A stretch of DNA of 64,000 nucleotides. Source: Fibrobacterales bacterium. Its GTDB lineage: Bacteria; Fibrobacterota; Fibrobacteria; Fibrobacterales; JAOPTW01. The stretch spans positions 1-64,000 of the forward strand of contig JAOPTW010000010.1 in NCBI GenBank assembly GCA_051532035.1. Direction: 5' to 3'. Shown piece by piece: positions 37,330 to 47,500 of the stretch (position 1 is its first letter; every line of letters begins with the position of its first letter). The notes below the pieces were generated by a model. That model was given only the letters and a program-made list of their open reading frames with translations. It did no database searches and was not told the DNA's origin. The position numbers were made by a program, and so were the translations under genes.

Positions 37330-38322
37330 TTAAAAAACAAGATCAGTCACGACACTTATAGTGTGCATATCGTTCTCTTCTCTACTTTTTTCAAATGAAG
37401 TATTATCATATTTAAGAGCAATTTTTATCTCTTCAGAAAACTGATACTGTCCGCCGCAGGTAACTCTCAATTGCCCTAAATCATCTGCACTTCTTGTTTC
37501 TAGGTCCATGCGTGCAAAGAGTTCAAAATCGAGAAACTTCTGAAGTGGAATAATTGGAATTACTCCAAAAACAGAGAACGTCTGTATTTGAGCCGCATCA
37601 GAATCATCACCTTCATTATTCATACGATAAGCATACTCTAACCCACCTCGGTATTTCGCAACATTTAAGCCACCAAACACGCCGCCAGTGAGCTCTATAT
37701 CTTTTGATTTTATACCATTATTAGGTGTAATATCACCAAAGAGGTTCACCGTTAATATTTCTATATCCATAGCAGCTTCAAAAGCAATAGTCAGTTCATC
37801 CCCTGTTGAAGGTGCTTTGAGCTGTTCATATCCACGCCCACTATAAATACCTAAATTAAATTCACCACTCTCCATAAAATCATATGAGAAAAGAGCTCCA
37901 AGGTCGGTTCTACTGTTTTTGAGAAGATCTATAGTAGAAGGGAATACATAATAGCTATAGCCATAAAAGTCTGCCGCCTCTCTCCAGCCTAGTGTAGGAA
38001 TTAATCCTGCACTCAGAGAAACACTGGGGAGAAAATCACCTATCGACAGCCACGCCTGATAAAGAAATGGAGGGCGCTTGCCCAAGTCTTCTGACATTTC
38101 AAGCTCTATATATCCATGTATCTCTTTTGCAATAGTTCCTTGATACCCGATATTGGTTGTAATGAGATCAAACGCTACTTCGGTATCATCAATTTCATAG
38201 CCAAAGCTTGTGGTGATTTCGCCAAACATACTCTCAACCGGAGGCATACTTTCTGCCCCAATCAGAGAGGTTACAGACAATCCTAGAATTGTTCCTGCCA
38301 CTGCTGCTAATCGCATTCTCAC
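37330..38322 (-). CDS. Outer-membrane porin-like paralog (acidic)
   Basis: Signal peptide; aligns by eye with neighbour (FDLITTNIGY...FLYQAW, SGRGY vs SGNGY); terminal Phe. Confidence 0.7.
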   Translation of the reverse strand: MRMRLAAVAGTILGLSVTSLIGAESMPPVESMFGEITTSFGYEIDDTEVAFDLITTNIGYQGTIAKEIHGYIELEMSEDLGKRPPFLYQAWLSIGDFLPSVSLSAGLIPTLGWREAADFYGYSYYVFPSTIDLLKNSRTDLGALFSYDFMESGEFNLGIYSGRGYEQLKAPSTGDELTIAFEAAMDIEILTVNLFGDITPNNGIKSKDIELTGGVFGGLNVAKYRGGLEYAYRMNNEGDDSDAAQIQTFSVFGVIPIIPLQKFLDFELFARMDLETRSADDLGQLRVTCGGQYQFSEEIKIALKYDNTSFEKSREENDMHTISVVTDLVF

Positions 38323-38617
38323 CCCGCATAACCATACAACCTAAAAAGAAGATAAGTATAATCGAAAATCTTGTTCATTAAAAATGTTAAAATATCTCCA
38401 TTTTTATAAAAAAATAGATTTCCCCAAAGAAGCCGATTACCTTAATTAGAACCGAAAATAAACTCACAAAACTCTCATACAACAAATACCACTAAACAAT
38501 GAACTAATTGGGTCAAAACACCCTTTTTTGCTTCTATAGCCTATTACCCTGCTTACAATGAAAATGTAAAGCTGTAATTTATCTTAATATTGTAGAATTA
38601 TTCATTTTTGATCTTGT

Positions 38618-38635
38618 ATGTGACATTAATGTTAA
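38618..38635. promoter_or_regulatory. 11-bp-period direct repeat, candidate OmpR/PhoB-family site
   Basis: ATGTGAC-atta-ATGTTAA in the divergent porin/PEPCK intergenic region. Confidence 0.3.
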
Positions 38636-38806
38636 TTACAAAAAATATTGACACTTTTTCACGAATATGGCTTAAAAAAGCACATGCCCCATACCAATTG
38701 CTCGCCTCTTTTTATACCTTTCCCTTCAAAATCTCTTGAATTATAATCACTTAATTCAGATACTATATGTCCAATAGCCAATGGCTTAATACCAAAGTGA
38801 GAACAT

Positions 38807-41800
38807 ATGAATACCAAAAAAAATAAGACCATTGACCTCAAGCAGTATATTAATTTCAAGCTTAAGATTCACAATCTCCCTTCATTTAAAAATGAAGAAC
38901 AAGATCAATCTTTTCAATTGCTTGAAAAATTTATCGATAGTGAGAGTCAAATTATTGAACTTCTTCCTGACCACCACTCACCGGTCGATCTACGCATTCA
39001 AAATTTCATTAATGAAACATTTGCTGACTGTGGTGCCGATTTAAACCTTGAGCTTCCTATGAAGTCATTTGAGCTCGATCAACCTGGCGTTGCTCGTGCT
39101 CTTTCACTCCCACCCGATAAAGATTTCTTTGAATCTCATTTGGTAAAATCTTATAGAACCCTCCAAGGCGTTCTACATAACCCCCGCCATGACAGAAGAA
39201 CCACTAAAGGTGTTTTTCATGTCTCTGAAGGTGGACTCCCAATTTCTGAAGATAAAATGACGGTTCCGAAAGCGTCATTTGCAAAAATTCTTGAAATAGC
39301 ACTGCAACCACCTGCGGACTCACAGCGTCTTCCTTACACATCTACTCAAGATGATCAAGCAGAAACATTTGTCTCTCTGCTATTAACTCCACCTGTCAGC
39401 CCCGAAATCCCTGGATTTCAAAAAATGAAAATGATGGAAGTGCGACTCTTTGCACCTGGAGGACTTGTAAGTAATCTCGACTTTGCCGAATCAGTTTTTG
39501 GCAATGCAGGCAACCCCTATGTTCCCTCAAGCGACCTCGGTCTTAATTTTGAGCAATTCACAGGGAACACTGGCTGTATTATACTTGCACCGCACCTCAA
39601 TATGGTTACCAAAAAAGAGGTTGGACTCCCTACCTATGACCAGGCGACTGAGAAGCAACGCGCCCAAGGAATGTGCTGGAAAGAAGAGTCCGAGCTCTAT
39701 AATGACGGCTCGGCCTTTAAAATATGCTTCCGTGATGAAAATGGTATCATGATCACAATTATTGCAGACAACTATTTTGGTTACACCAAAAAAGAAGTGA
39801 AAACTCAAATTAGTTTTGCGACAAACATGTGTGGCCAAACAGAAGAAGAACATGCAGGTGGAGCTCTCGTTTTTCAGCGCTTCAACTGGGGTGACACCTT
39901 CTCTGAAAATACAATGCTCTGCGAAAGAGGCGACTATCCTTATGAAGAGTTCAAGAAACTCTATAGCTATGTCTGCACCTTTCAGGAAGAAGGTCACGGT
40001 ATTGACAACACCTACCCAGACATCTATTACATCCCAAATGATGCAGTCATGTCAGTATCAACACTCAGTATCGAGTGGGAACTGTATGGGCAAAAACAGT
40101 CTATTAAACTTTCACCAGACGTCACTTATATTCACCCATCGGGATATAAACTCAATCTTGAGAAACACCCCAAAAGTGACCGTTGGTACATTGTTGGAAC
40201 TGTAGCTGAAGGGGTCTATTGTCATAAACCTGCAACGGTTTCTGGCGGTGGTAAATCTGAAATTTCTAAATCAATTTCAGAAATCATAACCTATAAAAGC
40301 TTTTTTGTACAAGACCTCCAAGAAGATCTTGTTGAAGTAGAAAAACTTCTCGATCATGAGATGTACAAGAACCGCTTTAAAAACCCTGATCAAAATCAAG
40401 GTAAAAAATCGAGACCAATATTAAGCGACAAAAGAACACTTGGGTCGGTGATCAAGCTTCTTACTACATCTGAAGATGACTACACTGAAGAGTACAATGA
40501 ATGGTTGAACTCTATTAGTACACCAATTCGTAACTTAGTATTTACTCTGAAGCGCTTCTATCGTCACTCAATGAAAGATGACTGGAAAAAATATTTCCAA
40601 GTTGACTATCATGATGGTGAACCTGGTCACGAACTACGGCTCTATCATAAACCAGTTAATTCTCGTTATCTCCGTGTTGGATCAGATCTTAATGACACCT
40701 GGCAAACATTCCGCCTCCGTCAAGATTTTATTCCTGCATTTAAATTACAAAAAGAAGATGACATCACCTGTTCATCAGTATTTGATACTTCGATTGTGCC
40801 AGGCGTAAACGAGTCACTCCCCAAAAAGCCCTATAAGTTCACTCAGAACTGTGAACGTATGCTCTTTCAACGCCCCGATGAAGCAATTCACAAAGGTGTT
40901 GATCTTCAAACTGAAGATGATTTTGCAAACACTGAGTTCTTCGCGTGTAACTACGAGCCTCTCGTAAAGGCCGATGCCATTGAAGATATTGAAGATGTTA
41001 TTGAATTCACTAAATTCTCTGATAATATGAAAGGCGTCTACGAGAGTGCCGCTCAAATGAGTGAGGGTGAATTTTTTGTGAGCACCACACATCCACGTTT
41101 GGTAAATGGTGCCCCCACTAAAAACGTTCGCTACTTACAACATAATCCAGAAATATACTACCCTCAGGATAAATATCTCACCAACATGTCTGCACGTATG
41201 TTCCGTAAACTTCCTATGGACAAACCAGTGCAAACGCCAGTTGAAGCAATTCTCATTGGCCGTCGTAACAATAATGCGGACAAAGAAGCGGGTATTAAAG
41301 CACTCTCAGTATATAATCCACTTCATTACCAAGAGCTCCCAGAACTCTTTATGGACTATATTGCAAGTCTTTCGGGTAAATCACCTTCAACAACTGGTTT
41401 CGGTTCAGAAGGAGCTTTGACCAAAGCTCCTTTTAATGCACTACAATTAATTGTTGACCTGAATAACACCCTTGTTTCAAATATTCTTACGGAAGACGAT
41501 ACATTCTCGACTGCGGCAGGATTCATTGGAAGTGAAATTCGTGTCGATCACGATATAACCTTCCTCGTACCAGAACTTTGGTGTCGTTTTAGTCACAAGG
41601 AACGTAAAGCCTCATACCTTATTGAAAAAGGGTTTTTAGAAAAAATCCCTGACATGGAATATGAAGGCAAGACAATTCCATCAAGTATTCTTGGCTATAG
41701 AATTACTTCTAAATTTGTACACGAATTCTTTGGACGTATTTTCGCATCCCCAACCTCTGTTTTCAAAGACAACATTTTGAAACCCGAGACTCAGGATATG

Positions 41801-42241
41801 GAAGATTTCGCAGGAGGAGTTCTCTATATTGCTGAAAGTCAAAAGACCGTTGCCGAAAACTACTTTAAGGATGGCTCGATTGATGTTGCCTGTCCTCCCC
41901 TTAAAGCACTCCTCAACATTATGGTTAAGGGTAGCTATGAAGGAAAAGACCTCCATTCACCTGAATTCAGAGCGCTCTTTTCTAAAGAAGCACTCCTCTC
42001 TTCTGACTGGTATACTCAACGCCTCAAACAGAAACAGGCAATTGATATTGCGCACATGAAAAAAGCACTTGCGTATATCAAAAGCACTAAAACCAACTGT
42101 AAAGGCGGCGTCTGCAGTGTCGTTGATTATGATGGTGAAATAGAAAAAGCCAAAACTGAACTTGCTCGTGTCTCAACACCAGAGTATCTTGCAAGTCTCA
42201 AAGGCACTATCGGAGCTGACCCGTTCTATGCGGTAAAATAG
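38807..42241 (+). CDS. Pyrophosphate-dependent PEP carboxykinase (PEP carboxytransphosphorylase, EC 4.1.1.38)
   Basis: 1144 aa; GVLHNPRHDRRTTKGVFH, IADNYFGYTKKEVKTQIS, EEEHAGGA, CHKPATVSGGGKSEISK, LFQRPDEAIH, GKSPSTTGFGSEGALTK, GTIGADP. Confidence 0.85.
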   Translation: MNTKKNKTIDLKQYINFKLKIHNLPSFKNEEQDQSFQLLEKFIDSESQIIELLPDHHSPVDLRIQNFINETFADCGADLNLELPMKSFELDQPGVARALSLPPDKDFFESHLVKSYRTLQGVLHNPRHDRRTTKGVFHVSEGGLPISEDKMTVPKASFAKILEIALQPPADSQRLPYTSTQDDQAETFVSLLLTPPVSPEIPGFQKMKMMEVRLFAPGGLVSNLDFAESVFGNAGNPYVPSSDLGLNFEQFTGNTGCIILAPHLNMVTKKEVGLPTYDQATEKQRAQGMCWKEESELYNDGSAFKICFRDENGIMITIIADNYFGYTKKEVKTQISFATNMCGQTEEEHAGGALVFQRFNWGDTFSENTMLCERGDYPYEEFKKLYSYVCTFQEEGHGIDNTYPDIYYIPNDAVMSVSTLSIEWELYGQKQSIKLSPDVTYIHPSGYKLNLEKHPKSDRWYIVGTVAEGVYCHKPATVSGGGKSEISKSISEIITYKSFFVQDLQEDLVEVEKLLDHEMYKNRFKNPDQNQGKKSRPILSDKRTLGSVIKLLTTSEDDYTEEYNEWLNSISTPIRNLVFTLKRFYRHSMKDDWKKYFQVDYHDGEPGHELRLYHKPVNSRYLRVGSDLNDTWQTFRLRQDFIPAFKLQKEDDITCSSVFDTSIVPGVNESLPKKPYKFTQNCERMLFQRPDEAIHKGVDLQTEDDFANTEFFACNYEPLVKADAIEDIEDVIEFTKFSDNMKGVYESAAQMSEGEFFVSTTHPRLVNGAPTKNVRYLQHNPEIYYPQDKYLTNMSARMFRKLPMDKPVQTPVEAILIGRRNNNADKEAGIKALSVYNPLHYQELPELFMDYIASLSGKSPSTTGFGSEGALTKAPFNALQLIVDLNNTLVSNILTEDDTFSTAAGFIGSEIRVDHDITFLVPELWCRFSHKERKASYLIEKGFLEKIPDMEYEGKTIPSSILGYRITSKFVHEFFGRIFASPTSVFKDNILKPETQDMEDFAGGVLYIAESQKTVAENYFKDGSIDVACPPLKALLNIMVKGSYEGKDLHSPEFRALFSKEALLSSDWYTQRLKQKQAIDIAHMKKALAYIKSTKTNCKGGVCSVVDYDGEIEKAKTELARVSTPEYLASLKGTIGADPFYAVK

Positions 42242-42260
42242 TCTCCCTTTCTCTCAATAT

Positions 42261-42293
42261 AAAGCGTTCTATTAGTCGGTAGAACGCTTTTTT
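42261..42293 (+). terminator. Intrinsic terminator
   Basis: AAAGCGTTCTA-loop-TAGAACGCTTTTTT. Confidence 0.85.
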
Positions 42294-42400
42294 ATTTTTG
42301 CTTCCTTGATAAAAGCACCTTTACCTTACTCCATTTCTAATTTTATTTCCCCTTACCACCTATTTTTCTACATTTCTTGCAAATTCCCAATGGATAATAC

Positions 42401-43648
42401 ATGAAGAAATTTGAACTTTTTCTCGCCTGGCGTTACTTAGGGGCTCAGCGAAAAAACCTCTTTGTATCCCTAATATCTCTCTTTTCTATGCTTGGTGTCT
42501 GTATTGGGACGTTTGCTCTTATCGTTGCTCTTGCCGTCGCAAATGGCTTTGAATATGAAGTCACCAAACAAATGATTGGAAAGGATGCCCACTTTGAAGT
42601 ACTCAGCTACCATAACGCACCTGTCTCCAACATTGACTCTATAGCTGCAATTGTAAAAAAAGACCCCCACGTTATTGCTGTAGCCCCATTTATTGCTACT
42701 AAAGCCGGGATATCTTCCAAAAAAGTCAATGACGCTATTGTTATTTTTGGTATTGACACTGAGCTTTCTGGAAAAGTTTCTGGTCTTTCAAAACAAATAA
42801 AGTTTGGTGCATACTCGCTTGATACTGCCGCAACCAAAAATGGCCGACGCCTTCCCGGAATTATTTTAGGTTCTGTATTGGCCGATCAAATGCGCCTCTA
42901 CTTAGGCGATAAAGTAGTTCTCCAAACATTTCAATCTCCTGAAGGACTTGACATGGGGGCTCTTACGCCAAAGATGAAACAATTTATTGTTACCGGTGTA
43001 TTCGAAACAGGAATGTATGAATATGATGGACAACTTGCATATATTTCCATTCCCGCTGCACAGCATTTCTTGCAGCTCGGGGAACAAGTCTCTGGGCTTC
43101 AAGTAAAAACTGATAACGAGCAACAAAGTAAAGTGTATGCTGCAACAGCAAAAAAAGCTCTGGGCTACCCTTTTTATACGGTAGATTGGCAGACTAAAAA
43201 CAAAACACTTATCAAATGGATGGCCACCGAAAAGGTTATGATCACCGCGGTCCTCTGCCTCATTATTCTCGTTGCCGCATTCAACATTATCAGCTCACTC
43301 ATTATGCTTGTACTAGAAAAAACAAGAGAGATTGGTATTTTACGGGCCATGGGGACTTCGAAATTTTCCATAATGAAAATTTTTGTCATTACCGGGACAC
43401 TGATTGGGTTTGTAGGCTCAATTTTAGGTACTTCAATTGCTCTGTTCTTTTGCTATGGTCAAATAAACTACGGATGGATTACCCTTCCCCCTGATGTCTA
43501 CATGATTTCAAAACTTCCCGTACGTGTAATGACCTCTGATGTGGTTATCATATTTATTATCGGTAACCTTCTCTGTATGCTTGCTACAATTCTTCCCGCT
43601 TGGAAAGCATCGAAACTTGACCCTGTAGGAGCTATTCGCCATGACTAA
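42401..43648 (+). CDS. lolE: Lipoprotein-releasing ABC transporter permease LolC/E
   Basis: LAWRYL, VANGFE, VTGVFETGMYEYD, VAAFNIISSL, EIGILRAMG, PAWKASKLDP. Confidence 0.92.
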   Translation: MKKFELFLAWRYLGAQRKNLFVSLISLFSMLGVCIGTFALIVALAVANGFEYEVTKQMIGKDAHFEVLSYHNAPVSNIDSIAAIVKKDPHVIAVAPFIATKAGISSKKVNDAIVIFGIDTELSGKVSGLSKQIKFGAYSLDTAATKNGRRLPGIILGSVLADQMRLYLGDKVVLQTFQSPEGLDMGALTPKMKQFIVTGVFETGMYEYDGQLAYISIPAAQHFLQLGEQVSGLQVKTDNEQQSKVYAATAKKALGYPFYTVDWQTKNKTLIKWMATEKVMITAVLCLIILVAAFNIISSLIMLVLEKTREIGILRAMGTSKFSIMKIFVITGTLIGFVGSILGTSIALFFCYGQINYGWITLPPDVYMISKLPVRVMTSDVVIIFIIGNLLCMLATILPAWKASKLDPVGAIRHD

Positions 43649-44321
43649 TCGATTAATTGAAAGCCACGATATTCATAAAACTTTTGAAGACACGGGTGAA
43701 ACTCTTCATGTATTGAAAGGGATTCACTTCCATGCTGACTCAAATGAAGTTGTTTCTATAACAGGTTCATCAGGATGTGGCAAAAGTACGTTCCTTCACC
43801 TTCTTGGTGGGCTTGACAAACCATCATCAGGTTCAATTCATTTTAGAGGCCGAGACATTAGTACCTATAGCGACAAAGAGGTTGATACCTATCGTCAAAC
43901 AAATATTGGATTTGTTTTTCAGTTTCACCACCTTCTACCAGAGTTTAGCACTCTTGAAAATGTATTGATGCCTGCAAGTATCAAATATGGCTCACCCCGA
44001 AAACAAGATAAAGAGAAAGCAGTAGAGTTGCTCAATTTTATGGGGCTTGGTAAAAGACTCAAGCATATTCCCGCAGAGCTTTCTGGTGGTGAAAAGCAGC
44101 GAGCGGCAATTGCAAGAGCGCTCATCAATGATCCAGACCTCATTCTTGCCGATGAACCTTCGGGAAATCTCGACCAAAAAAACTCCAGACTCCTTCATGA
44201 AATGTTTATGAAAATTAATGAAGAGTACCAGAAAGCGTTTGTTATTGTAACTCACGAAAAAGAATTTGCACGTATTGCACATCGTGAAGTAAACTTTTCT
44301 ACAGGGCATGTAGAGGAGTAA
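43641..44321 (+). CDS. lolD: Lipoprotein-releasing ABC transporter ATPase
   Basis: GSSGCGKST, LolD motif GFVFQFHHLL, LSGGEKQR, LADEPSGNLD. Confidence 0.93.
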   Translation: MTNRLIESHDIHKTFEDTGETLHVLKGIHFHADSNEVVSITGSSGCGKSTFLHLLGGLDKPSSGSIHFRGRDISTYSDKEVDTYRQTNIGFVFQFHHLLPEFSTLENVLMPASIKYGSPRKQDKEKAVELLNFMGLGKRLKHIPAELSGGEKQRAAIARALINDPDLILADEPSGNLDQKNSRLLHEMFMKINEEYQKAFVIVTHEKEFARIAHREVNFSTGHVEE

Positions 44322-44386
44322 CAAGCGCTTACACACCTCAGCCCCAATTATTGCTTACCATTGGTAAGCTTACACTTCTATTGTCC

Positions 44387-44415
44387 ATGTAAATTTAATG
44401 TAAACTTTGATACAA
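44387..44415. promoter_or_regulatory. 11-bp-period direct repeat, candidate OmpR/PhoB-family site
   Basis: ATGTAAA-ttta-ATGTAAA-cttt-GATACAA about 120 bp upstream of the giant ORF. Confidence 0.35.
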
Positions 44416-44533
44416 TTTTTCTGTATTAACTAAATTTGAAAGTTGAAGGGCACATTATTTTTTTTAAAGAGAGTTTCTCTCTTTTCATTTTCATTATATA
44501 AAATGCTGCCCGATTTTTAACACTAGAGGGCTT

Positions 44534-47500
44534 ATGCATACTTTTAAAAAATTATTGCTTCTTTCAATTTTTATAGCAATTCTATATCCACTGAATGCTT
44601 TTGGTCAAGACATTGCACAAGGGAAAACGTACGATAGTTCACCTATAGAAATAGGTACACCCGTTGATGAGTTTATCCCAGAGAATGCTTTTGATGGTGA
44701 CAACACTACTTCACGTTGGGCAAGTGAGCATAGTGCTACCCCTCAATGGCTCATGGTCGACCTCGAAAATATTTATCAAATCTCTGATATAGCCATCTAT
44801 TGGGAAGATGCCTACGCAATTGACTATCGAGTTGAGGTATCATTAGATAATACTACCTGGACAGTGATCGATGACTTAGCAAATCAAAATGGGGGAACTG
44901 ATCGGTTTACCTTAAATGAATACGCTCAGTATGTGAGAGTCTACTGTACTAAACGACGCTCCTTTACTTATGGAACATTTGGATACTCACTATACACTCT
45001 TGAAGTTGAAGGTATTGCGACTACAACCACATCTATCACTGCTCAAACAGGGGGAACAGTAACACCTACAAATGATATAATACTTACCACAGGTACTGGC
45101 AGCCCTATTACTGCTACTCCCAACATAGGATACACCTTTAGGCAGTGGAATATTATTTCAGGTGATCCCGATATCGCATCCACCATTCAAGCTTCAACAA
45201 CTATTACACCACAATCAAATTCAGTGATCGAAGCAGAATTTTTCCCTCATTGGGAATACAGCCTCAGTGCAACAACCGGTGGATCGATTGTACTTCCTAC
45301 ATCAGGAACAATTGAGCAAGGACTTTCAACAACAATCAGCGCTCAAGTAGCCCCTGGATACTATTTTGTCGGTTGGGAAGTTGTTACTGGCGCTGCAACC
45401 TTCGGGTCCGCTACTACACTCAGTACATCAATTACCCCAAGTATAGACTGTACAGTTAGAGCCAACTTTTTAAAATTCGATATCGTTACTATACAACCCG
45501 GCATTGGTGGAACAACACTACCTCTCAACACAATTTCAATTGTTCAGGGTGGTTCTGACGTTGTAACAGCGACAGGTGACATTGGATATTATTTCTCTCA
45601 CTGGGTTACTCTTTCTGGTACAATCAGCTATTCTGATAGTCTCGTATTTAATCCAACCCTTACCCCTACTGGCGACGCCACAATACAACCAGTATTTTTA
45701 GAGAGGAGCACCCTCACTCTTACTTCTGCTGGCAACGGTACACTCAACATAGCCCAACAAGTTAATCTAAAACCTTCTGATATTACACACATTGTTGCAA
45801 CACCCTCTACTGATTACTCATTTAGCCATTGGAGTGTTGATAGCGGTACTGTCCACATCACTGATACTCAAGTAGCAAGCACCACAGTCTCAATAGATGA
45901 TAATGCCCACCTCATTGCACACTTTGTTCTTAACCAATGGAAGTTCACCCTTAGCTCTAGTGGCGGTGGAACAGTAAATCCTGCTGGGCAGTCTCTATTA
46001 GATGCGGGAAGTTTTCACCCTATTAGTGCTACTCCCGATCCACTATACTCCTTCTGGGGTTGGCAGATAGATTCAGGGAACGCTACCTTCCAAGACCCTC
46101 TTGTTAATAGTTCAAATGGAGTTCAACTTCTCGATAGTACACTCATCACAGCTCTATTCGCACAGAAAAAAAATCTTACTATTTTAACAGATGGCAACGG
46201 CTCTGTTGCCACAAGCTCTATTGTCGCTGATAGTGCAAGTAGTGTACCCATCACAGCACACTCTACCATTCATGGTTACATTTTCTCTCATTGGACTGTT
46301 GATAGTGGTACTCTTACCGTGAACAACAACACCGATAGTATCTCAACGGTATCAGTCCATAGCGATGGCACTATCACTGCACACTTTACCCCAGTATATG
46401 CCATCTACATGAATGCAGGCGCTGGAGGAACGGTAGTCTCAGACTCTCTGTATCCTACAATTGCCGGTACTCCCTACCCTATAAGTGCCACAGCATTAAG
46501 TAACAATTATTTTTCTCACTGGACTTTAACCAGTGGCACAGCAGTTATTACAAATAGCGCCCTTGCTGCAACATCTGTTACTATTGATAATGCCAACCCA
46601 AGCAATGTATCGGTTACCGCAAACTTTGTACCTGCTGTTAGATTAACGGTGAATACATCTGCAAACGGGTCGATTACCTATCCAATTAGTGGGTTTATCA
46701 ATAACATTAACCCACTTTTAAACAGCCAAACGATTACCGCTCATAGTGATAACTATTATGAATTTTCTCATTGGGAAGTTGTTTCTGGTACAGCCACTAT
46801 AACTAATGCCAACGCAATCAGTACTCCCATAACAATTACTACGGATGCTGAAGTACTCGCTCATTATACACCAAGGATGTTTGATGCCAATATTCTATCA
46901 AATATCGGTGGAACGGTAACACCAGCAGGCATTCAGTCGCTTCAGGAGTATTTGGATACCATTCCAATAACTGCACAACCTGATAGCGGATACATCTTTA
47001 AAGAATGGAGTGGTACGAGTGGTTCTCATATAACTCAGTCGAACAATGCAACAACATCACTCTATATAACCAACAATACATCCGTTACTGCAACATTTGA
47101 ACCCTTCTACAAAGTAGCCATACTAGTTGATTCAAATGGTACTACCTCTGATACTCTCATTGAAAACCTTTTGACAAGCAAGGACTCTCTTATTATTGCA
47201 ACCCCTGATAGCGGTTATAGTTTTTCACATTGGTCCGTAGATAATGGTGCAGTTGTCCTTGCAAATAGTCAAAGTGCTACTACTAGAGTTCAACTTAATT
47301 CCGATGGTGGCATTACTGCTCATTTTGTAAAAGAGTATACCCTAACCATAGATTCTTCTTCTATTGGCCTGATTAAAGACCATAATAGTATTGATGTAGA
47401 CACATTGATCGTTGGTGAAAATTTTGTTTTTAATCTCTATGCCAATGCCCTCCCTCGCTTTATATTCGAAAACTGGGAAGTAATCTTTGGCTCAATTACC

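Noticed and set aside
38413..38439. Sigma-28-like GCCGATTA on the plus strand
   Set aside because: Poor -35 match (AATAGATT) and about 370 bp from the next plus-strand gene.
42401..44321. ABC transporter as dedicated exporter of the adjacent giant protein
   Set aside because: It has the LolD motif and LolC/E features. The giant protein has a Sec signal, no lipobox and its own C-terminal domain.
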